Below are positions 51,797 to 64,000 of a stretch of DNA of 64,000 nucleotides, in pieces. The stretch is from NCBI RefSeq assembly GCF_006345805.1, contig NC_042999.1, positions 15,562,001 through 15,626,000 on the forward strand, read 5' to 3'. Made by a program: the position numbers and the translations under genes. The notes below the pieces were generated by a model, which ran no database searches, was not told where the DNA came from, and worked only from the letters and a program-made list of their open reading frames with translations. The DNA is from Octopus sinensis. Its lineage: Eukaryota. Every line of letters begins with the position of its first letter. Positions within the stretch are counted from its first letter, which is position 1.

Positions 51797-52330
51797 TCTG
51801 AATAAGTCCAGGCTGAGTCCAAAATGGCCCAGTGAGAGGAAATAATCCACCAAGGTAAACTTTTTTTTTTGTTGAAATAATTTTAGGAAACCATCGTTTC
51901 CATATATGTTCGTGATCTTTTACCCAGCTACAGGCAACTTTACTTGCCCGTATGCTCGGTCTTAAACTTTTTGCATTGCTATAAAACTGAAGCAAATCTG
52001 CGTATTCCTCTTGCGTAAAAGACATCCGAGAAACAGCTTCGTATGCCCGGGGAGCTAATTTAGAAAGAGCTGGTGATGTCATTTTAGTTAGTTGGTTGAG
52101 TTTGAAATTACAGTAGATTGGGTTAGGATCATAAGGACATGATGGGAATTTGATCTGTGTGAAATTGTGATTGAGTGTGAGTGGACTTGGCCACCAATCA
52201 TAAAACAAGACAGGTAAACCCCGCTGTGCACGCTGACGAACAAAGTCTGTCAAATAATGTCCTATCCAAGCTACAATCACTGGTAAGTTGAGCGTATTTA
52301 TCTGAGACTGTAGAAGATGATAGTTCATTT
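51797..52330 (-). CDS. Internal exon: end of OpuAC-like domain and start of ANF-receptor/Venus-flytrap domain (GABA-B-like GPCR, receptor guanylyl cyclase or Venus kinase receptor type)
   Basis: Acceptor tttcttttcacag| and donor |gtaagt, 534 nt, phase 1-1. Motifs VLFYDWWPSPL and ACSWVKDHEHIWKRW (OpuAC-type C-terminus), then VYLGGLFPLTGPFW (start of a class C/ANF ligand-binding domain). Confidence 0.85.
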
Positions 52331-53125
52331 CTGTGAAAAGAAACAGAAATCAAAACAGATTTAACAACATCAATAGTATATCTGGTATAAGATGTATTAA
52401 TACAAAAATATGTTTTGAGATTTCCATCGCTTGAAATGGCTATAGAAATATTGATTTATTGTTTTCATTCAATTTTTTATACAATGAAATAATGAAGACT
52501 TTCCTGAAACACTTAAAGGTTAATTTTAGAAAGAATTTTAACAAGAATATTTCTTGCTATCTTAAAAATTCTTTTCCGAGTCTGAAAGTGACAGAGTGTG
52601 TTTTAGTATATTTACTCAATCTATACAAAGGAGCAACCAAAACTCTTAAAAGTTACATATCCTCTGAAATAATTACCACACATATTTGGGTACTAAAGAA
52701 ATTACAATAGTAAACCTTGTCACCGTTACCGCTATGATCACATGATCACAAACAAAATCATTGATGATGGGTACGAATATTTTACCCATTACCGATGAAG
52801 GGATGCAGTTAATCTTTTGATCAACTATTTCACGCTACAATTTAGCCAAAATGAACTAATCACCAACAACAATATGTGAATTGTAAGACCCTAACTACAA
52901 ATGAAATGTCATTTCAAAGCTGATTGGGGCCTAAATTGTTGGTGCTCTTCACCTTCTGCATCAAAATTGGTTGAAGTAAAGAAACCAACATTTTACAGAG
53001 AATCATTTTGTATTTTTCTATTTGTTTAGATCAGAGTAGTGTCTATGATATAAGATGATTAAAATTCTTAAATAATTACAAAGCACTTTTGTAGGACAAA
53101 TAGAATGAGAAGACAGAATGCTTAC

Positions 53126-53397
53126 CTGGGTAACTTGATAATAGTATAAGGCAACCACCACTGAGGTATTTACAACCTGGCCCTAGTAGGAAACCATTCA
53201 CACAGTCTTTCTCTTTACACAATGGTTCTGCTCCCTGATTAAGTCTTTTTGTCATCACATTTTCAAGTACAGACAATGAATCATTCAATGAAAACCTAGC
53301 AATTACTTGGGGTAGTCGTAGAGCCCGCCAATGATCAATGAATATATTTTGTGACCAGAATTCTGTTGCTATATCTGTCGGAATAAACCAGCCAGCT
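53126..53397 (-). CDS. Internal exon of a putative cell-surface receptor (OpuAC/ProX-like periplasmic-binding region, Cys-rich)
   Basis: Acceptor ttttttctag| and donor |gtaagc. Open frame (R)AGWFIPTDIATEFW...IDHWRAL...CKEKDCVNG...GPGC...GCLILLSSYP. Phase 2 to phase 1, and it joins the next exon in frame (G+AA = Glu). Confidence 0.85.
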
Positions 53398-53764
53398 CTA
53401 GAAAAAATAGAAAATAAAAGGATATACAATTAGATTTGAAAAATTTAAAAAGTTAGAGTTGATGAGGTCATTAATTTAAATGCCAAAAACTTTTAGCTAA
53501 AAATAAAATATCTCTGTAAACAATTTGTTGAAGGTCTTTGATCTGAAAGAGATTTGTGAAAATTTAATAATATCAATAGTTCAATGGAAAGATTTTTGAG
53601 TCCAAGTGAAAGACATTTTTTTTTTATTTTACTTGTCTCATTTTAAATAAATCTCAAAATAAATTTGTATCAAACAGTTCTAACACTTTGTGCCATTCTC
53701 ATAAAAAAAACATTTACACAAAAAGGAAGAACAGATTACAATACATTTATTATTACGCAAATGT

Positions 53765-54117
53765 ATTTATATTGAGGAGGCAAAGTGGCTGAGTTCCTTT
53801 TGACTGTTGGGCTTCATGGAGGCAATGACTGAAACCTTTGGCATTATGTTGTGATTGAGAAGAAGACTCTTCAAGCCGAGCAAAATTGCAGTTGTGGCAC
53901 ATACTGGTGTCACACAAATGGCAGCCATGTTGGTGGCACATAAAAGCACCCATTACACTCTTGGAGTGGTTGGCATTAGGATGGGCATCCAGTAGTAGAA
54001 AACCATGCCAAATCAGACTGGAGTTTGGTGCAGCCTTCCAGCTTAGCAGCCCTAGTCAAACTCTCCAACCCATGCCAGCATAGACAACAGACGTTAAATG
54101 ATGATGATGATGATGAT
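53765..54117 (+). mobile_element. SINE family B-related element
   Basis: Same 3' core and tail, different 5' part. Confidence 0.7.
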
Positions 54118-54640
54118 CTGAAGGACACAGTTCTGAAGATTTGGGATTAAAATGAACTTATATAAAATATAGTAAGTGATGTGTCTTCCTGGGTGAGATG
54201 AATGATCATGAAAAGAAGTTCAGCTATTCATGAAAGGCAATAATAAATATAAACAAGAGCTCTCAGAGAGTGCAAACCTCTGCCAAGGTAACACCAATGT
54301 CCTCTTAACGATTAGTCATAGATGACTTTTAAAATGAGAATATCTGAAATAAACTCAACTACTCTCACAAGCGAGAATACTAAAAATGAACCCAACTGCT
54401 CTCAAAAATTAAGTAACAAATCTGGAAAAAGGAGTTTAATAAGGATTTTGCATCTCATTACAACTTCATTTTCTTCTTGATATTTTTTTCACAAAAATCA
54501 ATTAGAAAATAGTACTAATAACATATTTCCATTTACTTTATCATATATACATGTTCAGCAAATGCAACACTGATTTTTTTTTTTTTCAAATATATAAGTG
54601 TAAAATTTGTAGTACCATGTTTTTATAAACAAACTTTTTA

Positions 54641-54799
54641 TAGGAGTGGCTGTGTGGTAAGTAGTTTGCTAACCAACCACATGGTTCCAGGTTCAGTCCC
54701 ACTGCGTGGCACCTTGGGCAAGTGTTTTCTACTATAACCTCGAGCTGACCAAAGCGTTGTGAGTGGATTTGGTAGACAGAAACTGAAAAAAGCCTGTCG

Positions 54800-54832
<33 letters not shown>

Positions 54833-55030
54833 ATGTTTGTGCCTGTGTCTCCCAACATCGCTTGACATCGATGCTGGTGTGTTTATGTATCCCATAATTT
54901 AGCAGTTCGGCAAAAGAGACCGATAGAATAAGTACTAGGCTTCCAAAGAATAAGTCCTGGGGTCGATTTGCTTGACTAAAGGCAGTGCTCCAGCATGGCC
55001 ACAGTCAAAATGACTGAAACGAATAAAAGA
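54641..55030 (+). mobile_element. SINE family A
   Basis: Near full-length match. Confidence 0.85.
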
Positions 55031-55290
55031 CATTCTACTGTTAAAGTTATTAACAAGCATTTTATTTCTTCAATGTTATTTCTTGTTATAACGTTTATAT
55101 TAAGAAAGATGGAATTTTTAATCTTTATCTGTTTTCCAGTACAAGTTAATACACAGATAAAAATCATGTTTTCTGAGGATTTTTAAAAATCTTTTTGAAA
55201 AATCACTCAAAACTGCAGGAAGAACGAAGTATAGTATGTTCAAAATGTTGAGTATAAGATATCTTATGCTGCAGAGCTACTAAAATATGG

Positions 55291-55620
55291 CATCATCATC
55301 ATCATAGTTTAACGTCCATTTTCCATGTTAGCATGGGTTGGATGGCTAGACCGGGGTCTGGGAAGCCAGTCTGATCTGGCAGTGTTTCTACAGCTGGATG
55401 CCCTTCCTAACGCCAACCACTCCGTGAGTGTAGTGGGTGCTTTTCACGTGCCAGGCGAGCTGGTAACAGCCACGATCAGTTGGTGCTTTTACATGCCACC
55501 GGCACGGAGGCCAGATGAGGTAGTGCTGGCAACGGCCACGTTCGGATGGATCTTTTTAGGTGCCACCAGCACTGGTATCACAACTACAATTTCCTTTGAT
55601 TTTTTGATCGATTTCGATCA
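55291..55620 (-). mobile_element. SINE family B
   Basis: Same core and tail. Confidence 0.8.
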
Positions 55621-56479
55621 TGTAATACATATGCACACATGTACAAAATGATGTTGCCCTGATTCAAAGTTTGTGGCATGAAACTCTGAGTTGCAACAGA
55701 ATGAAGCACCAAATGCCAACCAATAATTAATATCTCTGCAACATGCACTGAATACATTTTTTCCTTTGTAGACAAAAATGTGTGCGTGCGTGCATGCGCT
55801 CATGTGTGAGCTGAGAGGTAAATAGATATAGAAACACACACACACACAAATTTATAGACATGAAATATGAATAACTTTTTCTTTTCCATTCCTCTTGCAG
55901 CAGGCATTTTCACAAGGAGAGTTAATTAAATAATAATGCTCGTCATAACTAACATATTTTTCCAAATTATTTCTGTTGAATTCGTTTTAATCAATTAAGA
56001 ACATTCAGCAAAATACTTGGCAGTATTCAATTCACATTGTGAGTTCAGATCCCACGGTGGAAAAGGCAATTACATCAAGTGAAATTGGTAGCCTTGTGCC
56101 TGTATTAACCACCACCACCACCACTGCTGCCACTACTACTACTACTACTACTATTGAAGATGGCAAAATGCTGGATGAATTTTTTTGTTCATTTAATGAC
56201 TTTCTTTCACAACCATGGTTGAATTTGTATTACATAATTCTTGAGCCAATATCATAAACCCCCGAATGAATGACAGAATCAATTTAATTGACAATACCCC
56301 TCACATTTGAATAAGTGTCAGTGTAAAAAAATCATTAGAGTTATTATTGAAGATTAAAGAACGGTAGGAATGGTAAAGTATTGAATTAAAAGTCTAACAG
56401 CATATAGTTTCATTGCTCTACATTCTGAGTTCAAATACTGTTGAAGTTAAATTTGTCTTTCGTTTTGGGATTTAGTTTA

Positions 56480-56761
56480 CAAGATTCTTTATGTGAGTTC
56501 GTGTGTTGAAGCATATTCTGTTGTGTCTGGGAAGAGTCATTTTCTTTTTGTGCCTTATAATGTATCACACACACAGGTAAAATTTCCACTTATTTCTTAT
56601 TTTTATTTTCTTAAAATTTTCGTTGTGTCATGCAACCTTTTCAATAGTCTTGACTCTGTCCGTTATCATTTTTATTTTCCTAAAATTTTCGTTGCGTCTT
56701 GCAACCTTTTCAATAGGTTGCAAGACGTAATGAAAATGACTTTCCCCAGACACAACAGAAT
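56480..56761 (-). mobile_element. Penelope-like pseudo-LTR relic with tandem and inverted partial copies
   Basis: Direct repeat of the hammerhead segment, plus an inverted fragment (about 56730-56761) matching about 56515-56546. Confidence 0.55.
56679..56717 (-). ncRNA. Minimal hammerhead motif with U3-A8 core (second tandem copy at 56611-56647)
   Basis: CCUA UUGAAAA G GUUGC aagac GCAAC GAAA AU UU UAGG. Confidence 0.65.
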
Positions 56762-58399
56762 TAAATTTGTCTATCTTCTGTCTAAAGGTGAAATAAATAG
56801 TAGGCAGGTACTAAAGATTATACAACTATACTCTTATCTTATAACTATGAAGCCTTGTGTGCCAATGTGAGAAATTATTATTATTATTATTATCAGACTA
56901 ATAATAAAAGCACGTTCAATTAGTGCTAATTTGTTTATAGTATTCAACATTTAAAGTATTCTGTTACATTTCCAAATGTCACTAAGGTTGATTTTGTTGT
57001 TCATATCTCTGGGATAAAGTAAATACGGCTCATACATTAAGATATAATATTTCTTTGCCTTTATATTAATTACTTGCGAAATTGGCTTTCTGTTTAGTCA
57101 AATACGATAGCATTCAAGTAAGATTTTTTATTAAATTTCTGTTATGAAATAGTGATAGCAGCTCTGAAGAGAATGTGAATATTCAATAATTTTCTAGCAA
57201 ATAGTGGAGCAAAAGTAATTGAATCTTCACGAATTAAAAAGATAGTAATAGTATCAATAATATCTGAAGTTCAAGTATTTTTTTTTAGGGAACGTTGCAT
57301 CAGCATCCTAAGCTAATTGACTTGATATGAGGTTTCAAAACGAAAAGGTTTATCATTGTCATATAAAAGCCACTTGACTTTATTTTGCCACTTGCAAAGA
57401 TGGTAATCGATACAGAGAAATATGATTAGGAGAGATCTTTTCACTTAGAGTAAAAGACATTCTTTCAAGAGGTACAAACAGAAATAATTTTATGATAGGA
57501 TTAAAGGAGTATTTTGTAGACTAATTGAAGAGTTGTTATTATTGGTCTGACTAATATCAGATAATATTACTTTAGAAATGTTTGGTACTAGAATTGTTCA
57601 AGGATTGTATAGATACATTGATACAGGAAGATAAAGATTTCTTTGATCTAAGTTAACATCTGTTGTGATGCGGATATGGTACAATGGTTAAAAGATACTA
57701 TTAGAAGTTATAGGAAATGATGTTATTTACACACACACATACAAACACACAAATATAGGTGTGTATGTGTGTGTGTTCATGCACACATATGCACATGAAT
57801 ATACACATGCACATACACACATATACAGATACAGAGTGATGGATAAACAAATATATATACCCTCACACACGCACATATATATATGCATACAACATAATTT
57901 CTTTCTACTATTTCAACACAACATAATTTACTCCAAGGTGTGCGTGGAAGACACCTATCCAAGTTGTCCAAGGTGCTGCACTGTTGTGTTGAACCCAACT
58001 CCAAATATATGTACACACACACATATACCCAATCACCCAGCTACACTCCATATATATATCACGTGATCATGTGACCGACCAGGCTAACAAACGTTGCTAC
58101 ACATCACTGGTCACAATGCATTTCGCATTACTTTAGCCTTCAAATGACACCCCCCTGCTGGCTATATATATGTATATATATAAAGAGGTATTAATAAGGG
58201 ATTATCAGTCTGGAGCAAAATACTTCTTAAGCTAATACAAATACACTAGGCTAACAAAAGATTTTTTGATTGGTATAGAATTCCAGGTAATCCTGAGGTA
58301 AGATCCAAAGTCAAAGTCCATCCCCAATTGACTTAGTAAATTCATGGTTGCATTACCATTATTTAAGCCTTTTCTTGTGTGTGTGTGTGTGCACGTACA

Positions 58400-59038
58400 T
58401 GTTAGCTACTACACATTCTTTATTTTCTCTCTCCTTGTCTTTTTCTGTGGAAGAGCATAGGCTCGAAACATTAAAGACTTTTTCACTTCCTGAGCATTAA
58501 ACTAATACATCTGTTTGTTTCTACACCACCTGTCTTCGTCTTTTGTGTTTTTGCGAATTCTCCCCATATATTACATGCTCATGTGGTCACACCAGTTTGA
58601 TCCTGTCTCCACATCTTAACCCAACAAACTTTTCTCGGATTTTCTACACCTACACTTTGGACTATTCTACCTGAACATTCTAATCTCCGACACTTCGGTT
58701 GCACCTCTCCTACCCATTGATTACATTGGACTCTTCTGTTGATAAGAAATTGCACCAATATACCACGACATTTGAAGTTTTGAACCTTTTGAACTTTTCT
58801 TAACTTTTTTGTACTTTCTGCTTTCTCCTCTGTGACCCTTCTGTCCAGCATTTGCCATGATAGATCGCTAGCCACTAGATATTCTTTATTTTCTCTCCTT
58901 GTTTCTTTCTGTGTTCCTTCCTGTGGAAGAGCATAGGCTCGAAACCTTAAAGACTTTTTCACTTCCCGAGTGTTAAACTAATACATCTGTTTGTTGTATA
59001 CACCACCTGTTTTCATCTTTTGTTTTTTTGTGAATCCT

Positions 59039-59094
<56 letters not shown>

Positions 59095-59260
59095 CAAGAA
59101 TAATAATAAGAAAAGCAAGTCAAGGTAAAAAAATATGAAAAAGCAGAGTGTATTTGGTTGATGCTCAGGAAAACTGGAAGAAGTCATTAACATTTCAAGT
59201 ATATACTTTTCTGCAGGAAGGATAGATAGGAATTGGACAGTCACTGCATGTTGAAAATGC
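58400..59260. mobile_element. Cluster of Penelope-like pseudo-LTR relics with hammerhead-like motifs
   Basis: Direct repeat of about 150 bp (about 58415-58568 and 58880-59041), each with CUGUGGA A GAGC auag GCUC GAAA. A diverged inverted relative at 59184-59219 lies across a (TA)n tract. Confidence 0.6.
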
Positions 59261-59262
59261 AA

Positions 59263-59302
<40 letters not shown>

Positions 59303-61449
59303 ATATATACATACACACATATATACATCTTTATCACTTTCAGCTTGGAGCTTGTCCTTGCATCTTAGCCATGATCTGAAGACATCAGTTATGAAAGACA
59401 TCAAGCTGATTGGTATGTGGTCTACACACACAATTCATGTATGTCTATATGATATGTTTGAATTAAAATTTTAAAAGAACAGGTTTCAATTTACAGCAAA
59501 AGTCATTCCTCACCAGATGTGGACATTTTAGCTTTCTTCAAAATATCTTTTAATGTTATCATCGATGTTATTATTTTTGTCATGGTACGAGTTCATATGT
59601 TACACAACAAAGAAGTGAAAAATGAAAATGTTTAACTTTGTAAAAGAAAAGAAAATGTGAAAGACTTTTACTTTTCCCAGTCAAAAAAGTAAGTGCTTGT
59701 CTTGGCAAATACTTTCTTAGAAACATGACAGTTTTATTTATGGCATGACATCGTACTTCTCCTCAGTACATGGAAAATGAATACATAGCAGAATAGCAGA
59801 TGGCCAACTTTACTTTATTGATGGTTATAGATCTTTACAATACCAAATAGAAACACCTCAACGTTTAGAATGTTTGCTTAATATGATGAACACAATACAC
59901 AAAAAATTATTGTTTAGCACAACCTATATTCTGGACAACATAAAAATATATTTACAAGAGTTAGAATAGGCAGCCACAACTAGAAATAAATATATTTATC
60001 TGTAAATATGAATTATAATTCACATGAAGCTCTGGCATCAGGCAATTCAATTTTCTTACAAACACTGAAATTACTGATGAGTTTATTGATGCAAATAGTC
60101 TCTCTAGAAAACACAGGAGTGTCATAATTTATCCAAGAAATGCATCCCCAACAAGGATCTTAGTTTTATTTTGCTATTCTGGCTCAGTGTGTCACTCCCT
60201 TTTCACTCTCTTTTATTTTCTAATGTTAAGCTTAGATGGTACAATAAGAGGTAGTGTGTTGGAAAACAATGGTCCCTGGTGACTGCACAATGCAAGCATG
60301 CATCAAGGTTTAAGGATATTATTTACAGTTTCTAGGATTCAAATATCTCATCTGTAAGTTGAACAATCCAATGAACTGATGGATCACATTACATCTACAG
60401 AGGAATATTTGTTTGTTTATTTTACACCCACTTTTCCCTGTGTGCAGAGGTTGGATGCATATATTGAGGCATTGTTTTAAAGACAAATGCCCTTCCTATA
60501 AATAATCCCTAATTGCTTTCAAATAAAGGATCAATTATTTCACACAACTGCAAAGGTATGAAGTGTCGAGAGGATTTGTTGACAGGTGAAACTGACAACA
60601 ATGCTGCATGCTGCACTTATGTACAATGATTTGCAAAAGTAAACAAACTCATTTAAATATATATACATACATATATACACACAGATTTACACACACAAAT
60701 ATGAATATATACATACACACAGATTTACACACACAAATATGAATATATATATACACACAAACATACATATTTACATGTGCAGACATATATACATACACTC
60801 AAATACACACAATGATCATTCTTCCTTTTCTGTTTACCAAAGGCACCCCTAAGGCCTTGGTTGGTCCAGGGCTACAGTAGAAGTACAATAAGACAGAACC
60901 TAAAATCACATAACTGGGAGACAAACATCTCAACTAAATTATTATATAGTCACTAGCACTATAAGTTTATAATTCCTAATTTTTTAATACCCTCAATCCA
61001 TTCTCTACCTCATTAACACATGATCTTTAAAATAATGTAGCAGTGTTATGGAGATATATGAATTTATGCATCAAAACAAGAAAAATCTTTTAATCATGGA
61101 ATTTCCAAGAGTCTGCTAATTATTATAACTATTTTAACTGCCATTTGGTAATAATGGCATAAGCCAAGGTGTTAGTAAAAGAGCATCTCTCAAAGTGTTT
61201 TGATGACGAATCATCTTAGCAATTAAATGAAATGTTAACATGCTGCTGGATTTTCAAAGTCCTTCAAAGATTTTCCTACGTTATGAATCATATTTTTGTT
61301 TTTCAAACAGTTTGTGTCGTGTATTTCTGTTGCATATTCATGTCAGTATAGTTGTCTTTGATGTGCACATCAGTGAATGTTTTTGATGCCAGAGCAAACA
61401 GAAGTGTCTTTGTACATTTACACTCTACATGAACTGAGAAATACCTGAA

Positions 61450-61490
<41 letters not shown>

Positions 61491-61720
61491 TGTGTGAATG
61501 TGTGTGTGTGTGCGTGTGTGTGTGCAGGAATGAGTGTGCATTTATGAGGTTTGCTTCCCAACCACATGGTGTCAGGTTCAGCTCTGCTGTGTAGCACTTT
61601 CAACAATTGTCATCCTCTATACCCTTGGGCTGACTAAAAGTTTTTGAATGGATTTGGTGGATAGAAACCAAAATAATTTAATCATATATGACAGAAACCG
61701 AAAGAATCCGATCACATATA

Positions 61721-62990
61721 TACAAAGAGGTACCCAAAAGAAACCAGAATTCTGCTATATTATTTTATTCACTTAACTTTACAGGTTTACACTTTTATCG
61801 CTTTTAAACTATTCTCGATTTCAAGTAATGCATCAGTCCAGATGCATTTTCTACCATTTGAAGCAGTCCTGGAACTCTTGTGAACTGATACCTTTCAACG
61901 TCTCTGTTGCTTCTTTCTTTCCTTCTTGGGAGAACAAAAAAAGTTGCAGGGAGCAGAATCGGATGAATAAAGAGGGTAGGTAAGTGGAATCATACAATTT
62001 TTGGTCAAAAATTGTCTCACACTCAAAGCGATGTGTACAGGAGCATTATCATGATGAAACCACCACTCGCCATTTTTGCCACAGGTCGGAGTGTTTTCAT
62101 CTCACCACATCTTGCAAATGCTTCAGACCTGCCAAGTAAAATTTCTGGTTAACAGTTTGACCAGAAGAAGCAAATTCTGTGTGGACAATTCCTTTCACAT
62201 TGATGAAACAAACCAACATCGTCTTGACATTAGACTATATTTGATGTGCTCTTTTGGTGCATAGTGACATTGAATGCTTCCATTGACTTGATTGCTACTT
62301 CGTTTCTGAGTTGTAGCCATAGCTATTTGTAGCGAGCATCTTTCATCACCAGTGATGACCTTCGAAAAAAGGTCTGGATCAACTTCCACCTGTTCTTTCA
62401 GTTCACGACATGCATTCAGTTGTGACTGCTTTTGAGGCACAAATTTTGCTGCAACTATTTTTATTCACAATTCCTCACTCAAAATTCATTGGCAAGACCT
62501 CCAGAACAGACCAGTCATATTAACAAGTTTGTCAATTGTTTGGTGTCAGTCCTCCAAGATCAGTACACAAATTTTGACAATGTTTTCATTTGCTCAGGAG
62601 GTTGACATCTGCCCTGAATGAGGTTGGTCTTCAAGCGACAAGAGACCATTCCTAAAGCATGAAAACCACTCATCAACTTGTGTTTAGCTTAGCGTCCTTG
62701 TAATAATCTGTTTGAGGCATGACAACTGTTTCAGTTGTCGTTTTCCCCAGCAAGAAACAGAATTTCATGGAAGTATACTGTTCCTTTGTTTCAGCTATTG
62801 CAACATTCAACAGACAGGGGAGAAGCACTACAAAACAGAGCTGCATCACATGGCAGTATGACTGGATTTGATGCTGCTGGTTGGCAGACTAATGCTTGAG
62901 GGTCACATCAAGTGGCTTCTAGCAGTGGAAGCCTGAACTACAACAGGCTTGTCCCACAGAGAACGTTTATGGTTAATTCTGGGTAACCCC
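61721..62990 (-). mobile_element. Decayed mariner transposon
   Basis: MKFCFLLGKTTTET, KVITGDE, WFHHDNAPVH and YSSDSAPCNFF. Imperfect TIRs ggtacccaaaagaaaccagaa / ttatggttaattctgggtaacc. Confidence 0.8.
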
Positions 62991-63049
62991 ATCATCATCA
63001 TCATCCTTGTTTCACGTCTGCCTTCCATGCTGGATATTTCAAGGCATGG

Positions 63050-63295
63050 CAGCTCACCACCTGAGCTGGCAGAATCGTTAGCACGCCGGGTGAAATGCGT
63101 AGCCGTATTTCGTCTGTCAATACATTCCGAGTTTAAATTCCGCCGAGGTCGACTTTGCCTTTCATCCTTTCAGGGTCGATAAATTAAGTACCGGTTATGC
63201 AATGGGGTCGATATAATCGACTTAATCCGTTTGTCTGTCCTTGTTTGTCCCCTCTGTGTTTAGCCCCTTGTGGGCAGTAAAGAAATAGGTATTTC
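63050..63295 (+). mobile_element. SINE family C
   Basis: Full unit match. Confidence 0.85.
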
Positions 63296-64000
63296 ATGGC
63301 ATGGGTATGAAACAGCTAGCCATATTCTTGGTGCAACAAAAAGGGACCTTGCAACAGAATATCCAAGTTCATTCACTTACGTCTTTACAGAGTGAAGATC
63401 ATAAGTGATGTAGAGAAGTGATAAGGGATATGTATGATAGAGGGATGATTAGAAGAAGGCCTCAATTTTCCAAGACAGGTACATATATACCAAAGGCAAC
63501 ATAAGAGCATAAAACACTGATAAAATATAATGTCATTCAGGAGATAGTGTGCTAACAGATACCCAGGATGTAAGGAAGATCAGAAACAAGCAGAATGAAA
63601 TGGGGTGATGACATATAATAGAAGAGGGGTGAATGTAGAATGTCCTGGGTACACCTGGTTTTATGTATTCTCTTATGCCTACATTTTGGGATGAGCCAAT
63701 AATAAGAGCAAAAATAAGGGCAGCAATGAATGGGATGACAAGGATAATAGATAGTTGGCAAGGTCTGGGCCAATTAGTGGCAGAAATGATAGACAGTGAG
63801 CGGTGGTGTTAAGACTGAGAGAAAAATAAATAGTAAGGAAATGAGAAGGCGTGAAATTGTGTAGGAGGCAGGAATAGTAGTTTACTATACATTTATACAC
63901 ACAATTGCACACATACTCACATGTGTGTGTGCACCATATGTGCATATGTATAATATTATCTAAGTTTACATCAATATACTATTTTTGTAACTTTTGATTG

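Noticed and set aside
59344-59412. Possible plus-strand exon (tttcag|...|gtatgt)
   Set aside because: No partner exons or recognisable peptide.

Overview
AT-rich, repeat-dense eukaryotic genomic DNA. The SINE families, microsatellite load and retroelement mix point to a cephalopod, most likely Octopus (inference). The only host coding sequence I can support is two spliced minus-strand exons (53397-53126 and 52330-51797). They encode an OpuAC/ProX-like (glycine-betaine-binding fold) region running into the start of a Venus-flytrap/ANF-receptor domain. Everything else is mobile or repetitive DNA: a Ty3/Gypsy element with both LTRs and a 5-bp TSD nested in an older Gypsy, a third Gypsy relic, RTE, R4/Dong-like and HERO LINE fragments, two mariner relics, four non-autonomous Helitrons, a TTAA MITE, three abundant SINE families, a 5S-rRNA-headed element, and several Penelope-like pseudo-LTR relics. 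The most unusual signal is a set of minimal hammerhead-ribozyme motifs in those relics whose core positions 3 and 8 co-vary as C-G, G-C and U-A. Most ORFs in the supplied track are artefacts of microsatellites and SINEs. Coordinates were read by eye, and boundaries of decayed elements are approximate.
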